From assembly GCA_965263035.1 (NCBI GenBank), contig OZ253580.1:736001-800000 (forward strand): a DNA stretch of 64,000 nucleotides. The letters are read 5' to 3'. The DNA comes from Acidobacteriota bacterium (GTDB lineage Bacteria > Acidobacteriota > UBA6911 > RPQK01 > JAJDTT01). Shown here piece after piece: positions 9,686 to 19,625 of the stretch. The translations under genes and the position numbers were made by a program. The notes under the pieces are model-generated. The model had not been told where the DNA came from, did not search any database, and worked only from the letters and a program-made list of their open reading frames with translations. Position 1 is the first letter of the stretch; every line of letters begins with the position of its first letter.

Positions 9686-10429
9686 CTACATATACATGCC
9701 GCCGTTAACGTTTAGCACATGCCCAGTTACATATCCAGCCTCCTTTGAAGCCAGAAATCGCACTCCATAGGCCACTTCCCCGACGGTTCCGGGCCGCCGC
9801 AGGGGGATTGTGGCTTCAAGCTCGGAACGGGCCCGAGCGGGGAGACTACGAGTCATATCGGTGTCGATGAACCCCGGGGCAATGGCATTCACCGTGATGT
9901 TGCGCCCGGCAACCTCCCTGGCCAACGCCTTGGTGAACCCGATGATTCCCGCCTTGCTGGAGACGTAGTTGATCTGACCCGGGTTCCCGGTCTGTCCCAC
10001 CACGGAGGTCAGATTCACGATCCTGCCGTAGCGCTTCCGGACCATGCTCCGCAGCACCGCCCGGGTGACGCGGAAGACACCGTCCAGGTTGGTGTTGAGA
10101 ACCTGGCGCCAATCCTCTTCCGTCATCCGGAGCAGAAGCTTGTCCCGGACAATCCCGGCGTTGTTCACCAGAATGTCGATCCTGCCGAACTCCTCCAGTA
10201 CGCGTTTCGCCCCCTCCTGAACGGAGAGCGGCGATGAGATATCCATGGCGACACCCAGGGTCCGGTGGCCCGTCGCCGCTACGGCAGCCGCCACACCCTC
10301 GATCTCCACCCCCTTCCGCGAAACGAGGGCGACACTTGCTCCATGGATCGAAAGATCCTCCGCGACACGGCGGCCAATGCCCCGTGAGGCTCCAGTAACC
10401 AGTGCGACCTGCCCCGAAAAATCAAACAT
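9686..10429 (-). CDS. fabG: 3-oxoacyl-ACP reductase
   Basis: TGASRGIG, NNAGI, YVSSK (YxxxK) and NVNGGM; fab cluster context. Confidence 0.96.
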   Translation of the reverse strand: MFDFSGQVALVTGASRGIGRRVAEDLSIHGASVALVSRKGVEIEGVAAAVAATGHRTLGVAMDISSPLSVQEGAKRVLEEFGRIDILVNNAGIVRDKLLLRMTEEDWRQVLNTNLDGVFRVTRAVLRSMVRKRYGRIVNLTSVVGQTGNPGQINYVSSKAGIIGFTKALAREVAGRNITVNAIAPGFIDTDMTRSLPARARSELEATIPLRRPGTVGEVAYGVRFLASKEAGYVTGHVLNVNGGMYM

Positions 10430-11336
10430 AGGCTTCCACCTCGGCACGGTTCCCGATCCACTTCACTTCTGCACCGGGTATGATCTGTCGTATCAGACGA
10501 CTCAGCACCCGACCCGGCCCCACCTCGACGAAGGTCCGCGCTCCCAGTTTCCAAAGGACCTCCACCGAACGGCGCCATTGGACGGGGGCGATCACCTGAC
10601 GAATCAGACCTTCCCGAGCCGCGGATCCGGTGGTGACGGCGCTGGCGTCCACGTTGTTGATCAGAGGACAACTCAATTCTCCAAACCGGATGTCCTGAAG
10701 CAATGGTTTCAGACGTTGCCTGGCCGGCTCCATGAGGGAGCAATGAAAGGGGGCGCTCACGGGCAACGGAAGCGCCCGGCGAGCTCCCCGCGACCGGACC
10801 AGCCGGCAGGCTCGCTCCACGGCCCCTCGATGCCCCGCAATGACGATCTGCTGAGGAGAGTTGATATTCGCCGCGGATACGACCTCGCCCTCCGCAGCTT
10901 CATCGCAGACTTCCTCCAGCGGTTCGATGTCGAGACCCAGCACGGCAGCCATGCTCCCCTCACCCACCGGTACGGCGTCTTGCATGAAGCGGCCGCGCTG
11001 GCGCACCAGGCGAACGGCATCCGTAAACTCCAAGGCTCCAGCCGCCACCAATGCGGAATACTCTCCCAGGCTGTGGCCCGCAACAAAATCGGGCCTGCGT
11101 CCCCGTTCGCCCATCGCCCGCAAGAGAGCGATTGACGTCGTCAGAATTGCCGGTTGGGTGTTGGCGGTCAGCGCCAGATCTTTACGACTTCCGTGGCGGC
11201 AGATCTCGCTCAAGCCGAAACCCAACGCGGCATCGGCCTGGTCGAAGACCTCTTGCGCCGCCGAATAGGCCTCCGCAACGTCCACACCCATCCCCGGGGC
11301 CTGGGACCCCTGACCCGGAAAGACAAATGCGATCAT
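10422..11336 (-). CDS. fabD: Malonyl-CoA:ACP transacylase
   Basis: FPGQGSQ, GHSLGEY, VSAPFH, EVGPGRVL. Confidence 0.97.
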   Translation of the reverse strand: MIAFVFPGQGSQAPGMGVDVAEAYSAAQEVFDQADAALGFGLSEICRHGSRKDLALTANTQPAILTTSIALLRAMGERGRRPDFVAGHSLGEYSALVAAGALEFTDAVRLVRQRGRFMQDAVPVGEGSMAAVLGLDIEPLEEVCDEAAEGEVVSAANINSPQQIVIAGHRGAVERACRLVRSRGARRALPLPVSAPFHCSLMEPARQRLKPLLQDIRFGELSCPLINNVDASAVTTGSAAREGLIRQVIAPVQWRRSVEVLWKLGARTFVEVGPGRVLSRLIRQIIPGAEVKWIGNRAEVEAYV

Positions 11337-11531
11337 GAAACCTCACGGCAGGAGGGTGGATGGCAAGGTGGTTCCTGGACAAGCCCCCGATTGGAGGAGC
11401 CGCGGGCACCCTTCCAACGTCCTCCGAGAAGATGCACGGAAACCCACGCTTTTTGCAGGCGCCCGGCCAACAAGCGGTGGCAACGGGCTCCCGGCGATCG
11501 GACGCGGGCCTTCACCGCGGTGGGCGCTGCA

Positions 11532-11552
11532 CGGTCCGTCCGCCACGGACCG
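11532..11552 (-). other. Hairpin directly after the rpmF stop (8-bp stem, no U-tract)
   Basis: cggtccgt-ccgcc-acggaccg. Confidence 0.45.
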
Positions 11553-11735
11553 CTATGCCTCCCCCGCCTTGATGACCTGCCGTCCCTTGTAGTATCCACA
11601 CTCGCGACAGACGCGGTGGGGGAGCACGGTGCTGCCACAATGGCTGCAGGTGGCCAGACTCGGAGGCGTCAGGAAATCATGAGATCGCCTTCGTCCCCTG
11701 CGGGCCCTGGAATGTCGTCTCTTGGGATTGGCCAA
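11553..11735 (-). CDS. rpmF: 50S ribosomal protein L32
   Basis: TTG start after GGAGG. (M)ANPKRRHSRARR...CSHCG...PHRVCRECGYYKG zinc-ribbon form. Confidence 0.95.
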   Translation of the reverse strand: MANPKRRHSRARRGRRRSHDFLTPPSLATCSHCGSTVLPHRVCRECGYYKGRQVIKAGEA

Positions 11736-11804
11736 AGTCTCGTCCTCCGGCGGGCCGGGGCGCTCCATCCGCGAGTGACGCGGCGGAGGCCACGAACCGG
11801 CCGT

Positions 11805-12347
11805 TCACTGTTTGCGGTTCATCTTGAGCTTCAGATCGGCCAGCCTGGCCAGCCTGGGGTCCAGCGGGCGCCTGGAACAGGAACAGGACCCTTCGTTCAG
11901 ATCCTGCCCGCACTGATCACACAGACCTTCGCAGCTCTCCTTGCATACGGGCTTCATGGGTATTTCCAAAACGATCTGCTCGCCCACCGAAGCGCTCACG
12001 TCCAATTGCTCGTTCCGGTAGAAACCAACGGTCAAATCTCCAAACTCGAGCTCGATTTCCTCCCCTTCCTGGCTGACCTCCGGGTCGGGCTGATACTCCA
12101 GGTCGAACTCCTTGTCCAAGGACCAGTCAACGGGTTTGAGGCAACGGCTGCAGGAGACCTCCAGAACGGCCTTCACCGCGCCTGCGACCCGAACGGCATC
12201 GCCGACGACCACCAGTCTGACCTGGGCCCGGGCCGGGCGGTTCAAGGCACAGACCGATGAACCCAAAGCCAAGTCCCGATCGGTGATCGCCAATTCCAGA
12301 GAGAGGGGCTCTCCCGTCCCTTTCAGCCGCCCAATGTCCACGATCAT
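11805..12347 (-). CDS. yceD: DUF177/YceD family protein
   Basis: CSRCL, PMKPVCKESCEGLCDQCG.DLN, DPRLA.L; located upstream of rpmF. Confidence 0.92.
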   Translation of the reverse strand: MIVDIGRLKGTGEPLSLELAITDRDLALGSSVCALNRPARAQVRLVVVGDAVRVAGAVKAVLEVSCSRCLKPVDWSLDKEFDLEYQPDPEVSQEGEEIELEFGDLTVGFYRNEQLDVSASVGEQIVLEIPMKPVCKESCEGLCDQCGQDLNEGSCSCSRRPLDPRLARLADLKLKMNRKQ

Positions 12348-12385
12348 CCATTGTCCCCGGAACGAAGAACAGAATGAAGTTTCGA

Positions 12386-12415
12386 AATTTACTCCAAAAA
12401 CCGGCTCCTTGTCAA
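12386..12415 (-). promoter_or_regulatory. Putative sigma70 promoter of the yceD-rpmF-fab operon
   Basis: Minus-strand TTGACA-18 nt-TAAATT, about 40 nt before the yceD start. Confidence 0.55.
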
Positions 12416-12468
12416 GGGGGACCGATCCCGAAGATAGGGTTCAACCCTTTTCTTTTCAGTATTTTCCG

Positions 12469-13602
12469 CTATCCGGAACGACTGGAGATCCGGACCCGGA
12501 TCTTGCGGGCAAAGGAATCCGTCATGCCCGCGATGTAATCGCAGACGACCCGGTGAACTCCGTGTTCCTCGATCCGGCCGTAATGCGCCGGAGGCAATCT
12601 CGCCGGATCCTCCTCGTAGTATCGGAAGAGATCTGCGATCAACACCTCGGCTTTCCGCCGGGGACGCTCCAAGTCCGGATGGTGGTAAAGATTGCTGCGC
12701 AGGAAAATTTTCAATTGACGGACGAGAGCGGCGATCTCGGATCCGAACCCCACGACTCGAGTCGGAAATCTCCGGACGGCCTCCACCGAATCCAGGGATT
12801 CGCTCCGGATCCGATCACGGCTGGCTCCCACCAGATCCGTCACCAGCACGTCGATCAGGTGGCGAATGGTCTCGCTGACCAGGATTCCCTCGGGAGCTGT
12901 GGGGAAATCGCCTCGGATGCGGAGGTAGAGAGACCGAAAGAGATCCGAGCCCTCCAGGATCTGGTCCAGAGAAATCAGCCCGGAACCGTAGCCGTCGTCC
13001 AGATCCGCCGCGTTGTAGGCCACCTCGTCGGCGAGATCGATCAATTGAGCCTCCAGCGGCGGGCGCTCCCCTTTTCGATAACAATCGATGTCCACGTACG
13101 GGCGGTCCTGGGGAGCATAGTCACGGCTGTGTTTCACAATCCCCTCACGAACCTCGAACGTCAGGTTCAGCCCCCGGAAGCGGGCGTAGCGCTCTTCGAA
13201 ATCCTCGATGATCCGCAAGGCATGGAGGTTGTGTTCGAATCCCGAACCGTACGACCTCATGATGCGGTCCAGAACCGCCTCTCCGGCGTGGCTGAACGGG
13301 GGATGGCCGATGTCGTGACTCAGGGCCAGGACTTCACACAGATCGAGGTTCAGGCAGAAAGCGGATCCGATGGTGCGCGCAATCTGACTGACCTCGAGGG
13401 TATGGGTCAATCGGTTTCGGAAGTGATCCGAATAGTTGGGGTTGAAGACCTGGGTCTTCTTCTCCAGACGGCGAAACGCCTTGGCGTGGATGACGCGGTC
13501 CCGATCCCGCTGGAAAGGGTTGCGATAGGGGTGCGGCGGCTCCGGGTAGCGCCGTCCCTCGCTGTTTTCAACTCTCATGGCAAAGGGAGCGAGGGACGGC
13601 AT
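12469..13602 (-). CDS. dgt: dGTP triphosphohydrolase (HD family)
   Basis: FQRDRDR..H..AFRRL..KTQVF, RNRLTHTLEV, HDIGHPPFSHAGE, DYIAGMTD. Confidence 0.95.
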   Translation of the reverse strand: MPSLAPFAMRVENSEGRRYPEPPHPYRNPFQRDRDRVIHAKAFRRLEKKTQVFNPNYSDHFRNRLTHTLEVSQIARTIGSAFCLNLDLCEVLALSHDIGHPPFSHAGEAVLDRIMRSYGSGFEHNLHALRIIEDFEERYARFRGLNLTFEVREGIVKHSRDYAPQDRPYVDIDCYRKGERPPLEAQLIDLADEVAYNAADLDDGYGSGLISLDQILEGSDLFRSLYLRIRGDFPTAPEGILVSETIRHLIDVLVTDLVGASRDRIRSESLDSVEAVRRFPTRVVGFGSEIAALVRQLKIFLRSNLYHHPDLERPRRKAEVLIADLFRYYEEDPARLPPAHYGRIEEHGVHRVVCDYIAGMTDSFARKIRVRISSRSG

Positions 13603-13655
13603 GACGGGGATTATAGTCTCTGGGAGGAGCGAGGAGTGAGATGGAAGAAGTCCTC

Positions 13656-13735
13656 GCAGGGGCGACCCTTGTGGGTTGACCTCCCCGGGCCGATCAGGGA
13701 GGGCGACAGCGGGCACCCACCAGGGGTGCCCCTAC
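13656..13735. repeat. Inverted pair of GTAG-type REP-like palindromes
   Basis: gcaggggcgacccttgtgggttgacc (+, 13656-13681) faces gtaggggcacccctggtgggtgccc (-, 13711-13735). Confidence 0.65.
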
Positions 13736-13846
13736 GTCGCAATCCTTGTTAAAACCTGCTTCTGAGAAACCGAGGAAAGAGCAAATAGGAACGAGAAAAG
13801 CTCCCCCACCGGCCCGGTCCGGCGGACGCCCGGTAGAAAAAGGGTA

Positions 13847-13916
13847 GGAGCACCGGTTTCCAACCGCCGAACTCCGGTGGAGCATGGAGGAATGGGCGAC
13901 TGGAAGTCGCCCCTCC
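13847..13916. repeat. GGAG-type REP-like doublet (copy 1)
   Basis: The minus strand reads GGAGGGGCGACTTCCAGTCGCCC...CCGGAGTTCGGCGGTTGGAAACCGGTGCTCC and is homologous to 51289-51352. Confidence 0.65.
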
Positions 13917-13983
13917 TTTGAGGGAGCTTTCCCGGATCTCCCGAACCCCCAGAAAAATGGGGAAAGTCTTGCCGGACACTTCC

Positions 13984-14013
13984 TTGACAGGCGAAAGGGC
14001 GTCCATGGAGAAT
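13984..14013 (+). promoter_or_regulatory. Putative sigma70 promoter of GWxTD gene 1
   Basis: TTGACA-18 nt-GAGAAT, about 50 nt before ATG 14062. Confidence 0.4.
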
Positions 14014-14061
14014 TGTGCGCCAGGCCCGCATGAAGCAAAACGCTCCCCAAAAGAGTGACCG

Positions 14062-15678
14062 ATGACCAACTGGCGAGTGTTCTTCACAGCGGTGCCGTTA
14101 CTTCTCGGTCTGGCTCCAGTCAGCGCTTTCGTACTCCACGCTCAACAGGACAGCCTCCGTCAGGAGGAACGGGAGGACTACTACAAACGTTGGCTGGAGA
14201 GAGACGTCATCTACATCATTACGCCTGAGGAAAAGAGAGTCTTCTCGGGTCTTACGACACCCGAGGAAAAGGAACAATTCATAGAACAGTTCTGGCGCCG
14301 TCGGGACCCCGACTCCCGAACCGCCCACAACGAATACAAGGAAGAACACTATCGGCGAATCGCCTATGCCAATGACAATTTCCATTCCGGTGTCGAAGGC
14401 TGGTACACGGATCGCGGCAAGATCCATATCAAGTTCGGACCCCCGACCAGCATAGAAAGGAATCCGACGGGGGCCGTTTATGATCGTCTCATCAGCGAAG
14501 GCGGCGGGACCACCATGACCTATCCGTTTGAGGTCTGGTACTACCAGTACCTTGAGGGAGTGGGCAATGGCATCGAAATAGAATTCGTCGATTCAACCAA
14601 TACGGGCCGTTATGAAATGGCCATGAGACCGGATGAAAAAGACGCTCTTTTCTACACTACGAACGCCGGCAACACGCTGTTCGAAAGCTTGGGCCTGGAG
14701 ACCCGGGCCCTGCGGCTTCGTCGATCCGATGCGATGCGGCCGCTGGGCCTGGGAGATGACCTCACGAATCCCGGCGCCAGCCCCTTCACCAAGCTGGACC
14801 GGCTCTACCGGCTCGAGCGTCCGATCGCCAACAAGTTCGAAGACCTTCGCACCATGGTGGACGCCCGGATCCGCTACGACAGCCTGCCCTTCACGTTCAG
14901 AGGCGACTGGTTTCGGGCCACTGCCGAAAGAGCCATCGTCAACGTCACGCTTCGCCTGGATCCCAAGCAGCTCTCCTTTTTCGTGATTCCCGGAACCGAG
15001 GCAAGGCGGGCGGAAGTCAAGCTCTTCGCGAGGGCCCAGACCTTGAACCGGGTCGTCTATGAGTTTGAAGACGTCCTTTCGGTTGACGTGACGCCGGATG
15101 AGGTGGAAGAGCTCAAGGTCTTTCTGTACCAGTACACCATCCCGCTGAAAACCGGCAGGTACAAGCTCACGCTCATTTTGCAGGAGGAGACAAGTGGGAA
15201 GATCGGAAGCTCAGAAACGATGGTACTGGTGCCCAAGGCCAAGGAAGAAGAAATCAACATCAGTTCCATTCTTCTGGCCGACCATATCGGTTCGGCGATG
15301 ACCGAGGAGTTTCCGGCTCCCTTTGTGACCGCGGGTGGATTGAAGATCTACCCCAACATGGGCAATGTCTTTTCCGCGAAATCCCCAATGGGCCTCTACG
15401 CCGAAATCTACAATCTCGGCATCGACCAATCGACTCGCCGTCCGTCGTTAGACGTCCTGGCTCAGGTGATCGGTCCCAAAGGCGAAGTGGTTCAAGAGGA
15501 GAACCTCACTTCCATCGGCACGGTTTTTTACGGTGACCGCGTCTCGGTGGCACGTTTCTGGCCACAGCCGAACCTGCCGGCGGGAAACTACACCTTCCGG
15601 CTGAGCGTCAACGATCGAATCGGGAACAAGACGATCCGCCAGGAAACGGGATTGACCGTGGCCGCTGCCAAACCCTGA
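14062..15678 (+). CDS. GWxTD domain-containing secreted protein (paralog 1)
   Basis: Signal peptide; WL..DV.YII, FIEQFWRRRDP, EHYRRIAYAN, GWYTDRG...GPP, PFEVWYY. Confidence 0.93.
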   Translation: MTNWRVFFTAVPLLLGLAPVSAFVLHAQQDSLRQEEREDYYKRWLERDVIYIITPEEKRVFSGLTTPEEKEQFIEQFWRRRDPDSRTAHNEYKEEHYRRIAYANDNFHSGVEGWYTDRGKIHIKFGPPTSIERNPTGAVYDRLISEGGGTTMTYPFEVWYYQYLEGVGNGIEIEFVDSTNTGRYEMAMRPDEKDALFYTTNAGNTLFESLGLETRALRLRRSDAMRPLGLGDDLTNPGASPFTKLDRLYRLERPIANKFEDLRTMVDARIRYDSLPFTFRGDWFRATAERAIVNVTLRLDPKQLSFFVIPGTEARRAEVKLFARAQTLNRVVYEFEDVLSVDVTPDEVEELKVFLYQYTIPLKTGRYKLTLILQEETSGKIGSSETMVLVPKAKEEEINISSILLADHIGSAMTEEFPAPFVTAGGLKIYPNMGNVFSAKSPMGLYAEIYNLGIDQSTRRPSLDVLAQVIGPKGEVVQEENLTSIGTVFYGDRVSVARFWPQPNLPAGNYTFRLSVNDRIGNKTIRQETGLTVAAAKP

Positions 15679-15794
15679 GTGCCAACCCAAGTCGTATTGG
15701 AAGTTCTCCAACGACAGGAATTGGCTCACCTTGGAGTCTGCGCGGTAGCAATGATCGTAGCGAGAAAGTGGGGATCTACCGCTTTCGCAGCAGA

Positions 15795-17457
15795 TCAATT
15801 TCTGCCGCGCAGGCTCCTTGGTGAATCCATGCCGAAATAGCGCGCCAATTGATCCCTGTCCTGGGGCATTGTCAGCATACTTCCCAGATAGACCATTAGA
15901 GCCGATCCGAAGAACCCATAGACGAATGGATGCAGGGGGAGCACCTCCCCCAACGGCGGGCTGACCACACAGGCCAGATACACTAGCGGGCCACCGGCGA
16001 GCCCGCCGATCACCCCTTCCCGGGTGGCGCGCTTCCAGAAAAGAGTGGCGATGCCCGGCCAGAACAGGGCGGAAGTCACGGCGCCGCCGTAGTGGATGAC
16101 CAGAGGCTGGAGAAAGACCGGTTCTATCAGGAGGGTGAGGGAAAAAACCAGGACCCCGGTTCCTGCCGTGACGGCATAAATCAGGGCCTTGACACTTTTT
16201 TCGTTCAGCCGTGGATACCAGGTTTTTTGGACCACGTCTCTCACGACTGATGCGCTGATGACCAACAAAGCCGAGTCGACCGTGGACATGACGGCGGCAA
16301 AGGGGGCGGCGATCAGCAGGCCGGCCAACAGAGGCGGCGCCACGCGTTTCGCCAACTCCGGAACCGCCTGGTCGGATTCCAGAGGGGACAGGCCAAGGTC
16401 CAGACTGTGGGCACAACTCATCGTGATCAGACTGCCCCCGTACATGAGCAGGAAGTAGGGCGCGATGAGGATCAAGGCTCGGCGAAGGGCCACCGTATCT
16501 CGGAAGGCGAGCATCCGGGGGACGGTGGTCGGGGCCAGGACCGAGCTGAGGGGCCGCAACAGAAAGAGGGAGATCCCCATGCTGAAGGGCAGCCAAGGAT
16601 CGGATCGGGGAGCTGCTCCCGGCGGGGCGCCGGATTCGGTGCCGACGACTTTTTCCGGACCCGGGCCATAAAGAGTTAGGAGTGAGGGGGTGTTTCCAGT
16701 CCTCGGTCCATGGCGATGGGATCGTCACGCGTGGCCAGTTGGCGGGTGGCCGCTTCGAGTCCCCCCGCGGCTGAGACCGCCAGCGGTACCAACACCAGAA
16801 TCCCTGCGATCATGACGATTCCCTGCAGGGTATCGGTCCAGGCAACGGCCCGGAAACCGCCATAGGTGGTATAGGCCACGACGGAGAGCGTGAAGAGGAC
16901 CAGGCCGGTGGGATAAGTCGTGCCCAACATGGTCTGGAGGACCCGTGTTCCGGCTGCGAACTGAGCGATGAGGTAGACCAGAGTGGGCGGTATGATCACC
17001 AAGATGCAAAGGATGCCGATCAGATTGCTCCGGAAGCGGTCACGGAGCAGATCCACCAGCGTCAGCGCTCCCGTCTGGCGGGCCAGCCGATTGATCCTCT
17101 TGCCGGCGATTCCGAGACCCACCAGAGCGGTGACGGTCGATCCGCTCACCCAGAAGGCCACCCCGTCCAGCCGTAGGAATAGATCAGGGAGGGATAGCCC
17201 AGGAATGCTCCCCCACTGAACATGGTGGCCACCCAGGACAGGGCCAGGACCCAGGCACCCAAGCCCCGGCCGGCAACATAGTATTCGGATTCGAAGCTCG
17301 TCGCCCGGCGGTGGCGGTGGGCGAGAACGGCGATGACGAAGACGCCCACCAGGTATCCGATGAACGGCACCAGAATATGGGGGTCCGTCTGCTTGAAGTC
17401 GAACCAGTGGGCGGCTTGGCCGGCCTGCTCAAGCACCGGTTCGGAAGCAGAGTTCAT
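15795..17457 (-). pseudogene. Sodium:solute symporter (PanF-like) split into three frames by two frameshifts (real decay or sequencing error)
   Basis: Consecutive SSS segments: YYVAGRGLG...SGGAFLGYP (17146-17457), GGFRAVAWTD.LQG (16676-17161) and AAVMSTVDS (15795 to ~16690). Shifts lie at a G4 run near 17161-17164 and near 16670-16690. Confidence 0.85.
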
Positions 17458-17789
17458 GGGTCGATTTCGGAAGCGTCCGCCTGCTGGCCGGGAAACGGCA
17501 GAAGAGGTTCATCGTCCCTGAGAAAAAAGAGTGCAAACCACCAAGTGACTCCCATCAGCACCAACCAGGGAAGAAACAGACCCCAGAAAACCCACTCCGG
17601 AATTCCCCAGATCAGGGCGGCTTCCGGGGGGCGCTCGTCGGGGCCGGGATACCCCAGCATCGCAACGGCGGTCGCGCAGTAGAAAAAAGCGAGCAGGAAA
17701 ACAGCCGCCGCCAACTTCGCCTCCTTCAGACACTGGAGGTAGTGTTTCGCTTGTACCACGGCAAAGGATTTCTTTTCGAGGTCTTTCAT
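17454..17789 (-). CDS. YhdT/DUF997-like small two-TM membrane protein (SSS partner)
   Basis: Q...EA......F...., G.PEWVFWG..LPW, FF.RDD.P; stop overlaps the symporter start (ATGA). Confidence 0.8.
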   Translation of the reverse strand: MKDLEKKSFAVVQAKHYLQCLKEAKLAAAVFLLAFFYCATAVAMLGYPGPDERPPEAALIWGIPEWVFWGLFLPWLVLMGVTWWFALFFLRDDEPLLPFPGQQADASEIDP

Positions 17790-17847
17790 GAATTACCTGG
17801 ATTCCAGTGATTCGCCTTTTGGTTCGTCCAAGAATCTCGCAACCGGC

Positions 17848-19359
17848 TCATCCCGCACTGCCATGGAAATCGGGATTCTGTCCGGGGACGGGGGTATTAC
17901 CAAAGGTTCCTCTTTGTATTACCTTTTCCCGGCCTCCATGGCGTCCGATCAGGACTCGTTGATCGGCCTTGGCTGCGGCGTCGACTCCTTCCGGGTCGAC
18001 CAGCGCGCGTAGCCTCCGCTCACACGCCGTGACCACTTCCTGAGAGTCGGGATCCGCGGACAAATCATTCAGTTCCCGGGGGTCCGACTCAAGATCGAAG
18101 AGCTGGGGTCGCTCGCCGACATGGTGAATGTACTTGTAACGCCTTTCCCGCAGCATGTAGCTCGCGCTCGTCGACCCCACCGCGTGATACTCGCTGAAAG
18201 CCAGACCCGGACCCGAGCCGCCTCGGACAATCGGCCACAGAGACCGGCCGGGCAATTCCCGCTCCGCATCCTTCAGCTCGTGACCGAGCGCTTCTACCAT
18301 GGTGGGGTAGCAGTCCACCAACGAAACGATTTCGGACGAGACTTCGCCTCTTGGCACCCCCGGTCCCGCCAGGATCATGGGCACCGCCACCGACTCCTCA
18401 TAGAGAGTGAACTTGCCCCAGAGACCTCGACGGCCCATGCTCTCGCCGTGGTCACTGGTGTAGATGACACGCGTATTGTCCGCCAGGCCCAGCTTCTGCA
18501 ACGTGCTGAGAACTCGTCCCACCTGGCGATCCACGTAGGTGCACATCGCATAATAGGTTGCCGTTGCTCTGCGGATCTGTTCGTCCGTGAAGGGTTCCTC
18601 CAAGTGCAAAGTCCGGCGCAATATCGCCAGCGACGGATGCTGCGGTTGCTCGCCGGGACGATATTGAACCGGTAGCGAAATTGCATCCGGAGGGTACCTC
18701 TCGTACAACTCGGACGGGGCCACAAACGGGGGATGGGGGGAAACGAAGGAGACGAACAGCATCCAGGGATGCCGGCTGGAACTTCGCGCCCGCCGCTTGA
18801 GCCAATCACAAGCGAGACCGGCGACGTCGGCATCGTAGTCCAAGGAAGCGGAAACGCCTGGGCCCGCGTTCTCGACATCCGCTCGTTCCATTTCGTAGAC
18901 GGGGGTGGTGTCGCGAACCGATCCCATCACGTCGCCGATTCCGTCAACCACGTTCATCGGCAACAGGGTTCGGCTGAAACCGACCGGGTCCTCCACGCCG
19001 CGATAGTGCAGCTTTCCGATGGCGTCCACCCGATGTCCAGCCTCCATCAGGCGCTGCCCCCAGCCGGGAACTCGTCCATCGTAGGGGCTTGCGTTGTCCC
19101 AATAGCCGGTCTGGTGCACGTAACGGCCGGTCGCCAGACTGGCGCGCGAGGGGACACAGAGCGGACTGTTGCAATAGGCGGAGTTGAACCGAACCCCGCT
19201 TGCGGCCAGAGCGTCGAGACAGGGCGTCTCGACGAGCGGGTGACCGTAACAACCCAGCGTATCCCGATTGTGCTGGTCCGAGAGAATGAACAGGAGATTG
19301 CCGGGTCGCTCCGGGCCTGCCGAGTCTCCTCGATGCATTGATACGTGCCTGTCTGGCAA
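17848..19359 (-). CDS. Cys-type formylglycine-dependent sulfatase (choline-sulfatase-like)
   Basis: NLLFILSDQH, CVPSRASLATG (CxPxR), GKLH, PHPPF, TSDHGE, WGK, LFDL..DP.E..DL. Confidence 0.93.
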   Translation of the reverse strand: MPDRHVSMHRGDSAGPERPGNLLFILSDQHNRDTLGCYGHPLVETPCLDALAASGVRFNSAYCNSPLCVPSRASLATGRYVHQTGYWDNASPYDGRVPGWGQRLMEAGHRVDAIGKLHYRGVEDPVGFSRTLLPMNVVDGIGDVMGSVRDTTPVYEMERADVENAGPGVSASLDYDADVAGLACDWLKRRARSSSRHPWMLFVSFVSPHPPFVAPSELYERYPPDAISLPVQYRPGEQPQHPSLAILRRTLHLEEPFTDEQIRRATATYYAMCTYVDRQVGRVLSTLQKLGLADNTRVIYTSDHGESMGRRGLWGKFTLYEESVAVPMILAGPGVPRGEVSSEIVSLVDCYPTMVEALGHELKDAERELPGRSLWPIVRGGSGPGLAFSEYHAVGSTSASYMLRERRYKYIHHVGERPQLFDLESDPRELNDLSADPDSQEVVTACERRLRALVDPEGVDAAAKADQRVLIGRHGGREKVIQRGTFGNTPVPGQNPDFHGSAG

Positions 19360-19625
19360 AGGGAAATCCAGTTGAGTCGGTGCCGCAGTCTACTCGCCGA
19401 TTTCCTCGTCGTGCAAGCCGGCAGATTCAGATTGCAGCACAGCGGTCCCGGGGTGGACGCGCAACGATTTCCAAACAGGCGAAACAACCCCGGATGACAC
19501 TGCCTCGCGAATCTCATGCGAGGATCTGCTGCCCCTCGTTTTGCTGCCCCTCGTCTTCAGCGTGCCTGCTTGGAGCCCCTAACCGGGTCTGGTACCCTTC
19601 CCGCACGTCCGGGGACTGGAACGGG

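Noticed and set aside
11333-11638. 101-aa ORF ending at the fabD start as a plsX/fabH remnant
   Set aside because: It overlaps rpmF out of frame and shows no PlsX/FabH motifs.
12112-13752. 546-aa plus-strand ORF and other long antisense ORFs (e.g. 20073-21665, 38901-41123, 58064-59350)
   Set aside because: These are shadow frames opposite well-supported genes in GC-rich DNA, with no motifs.
16660-17170. Programmed frameshifting or stop-codon recoding in the split symporter
   Set aside because: The frames change rather than read through, there is no canonical slippery heptamer, and two separate shifts are needed.
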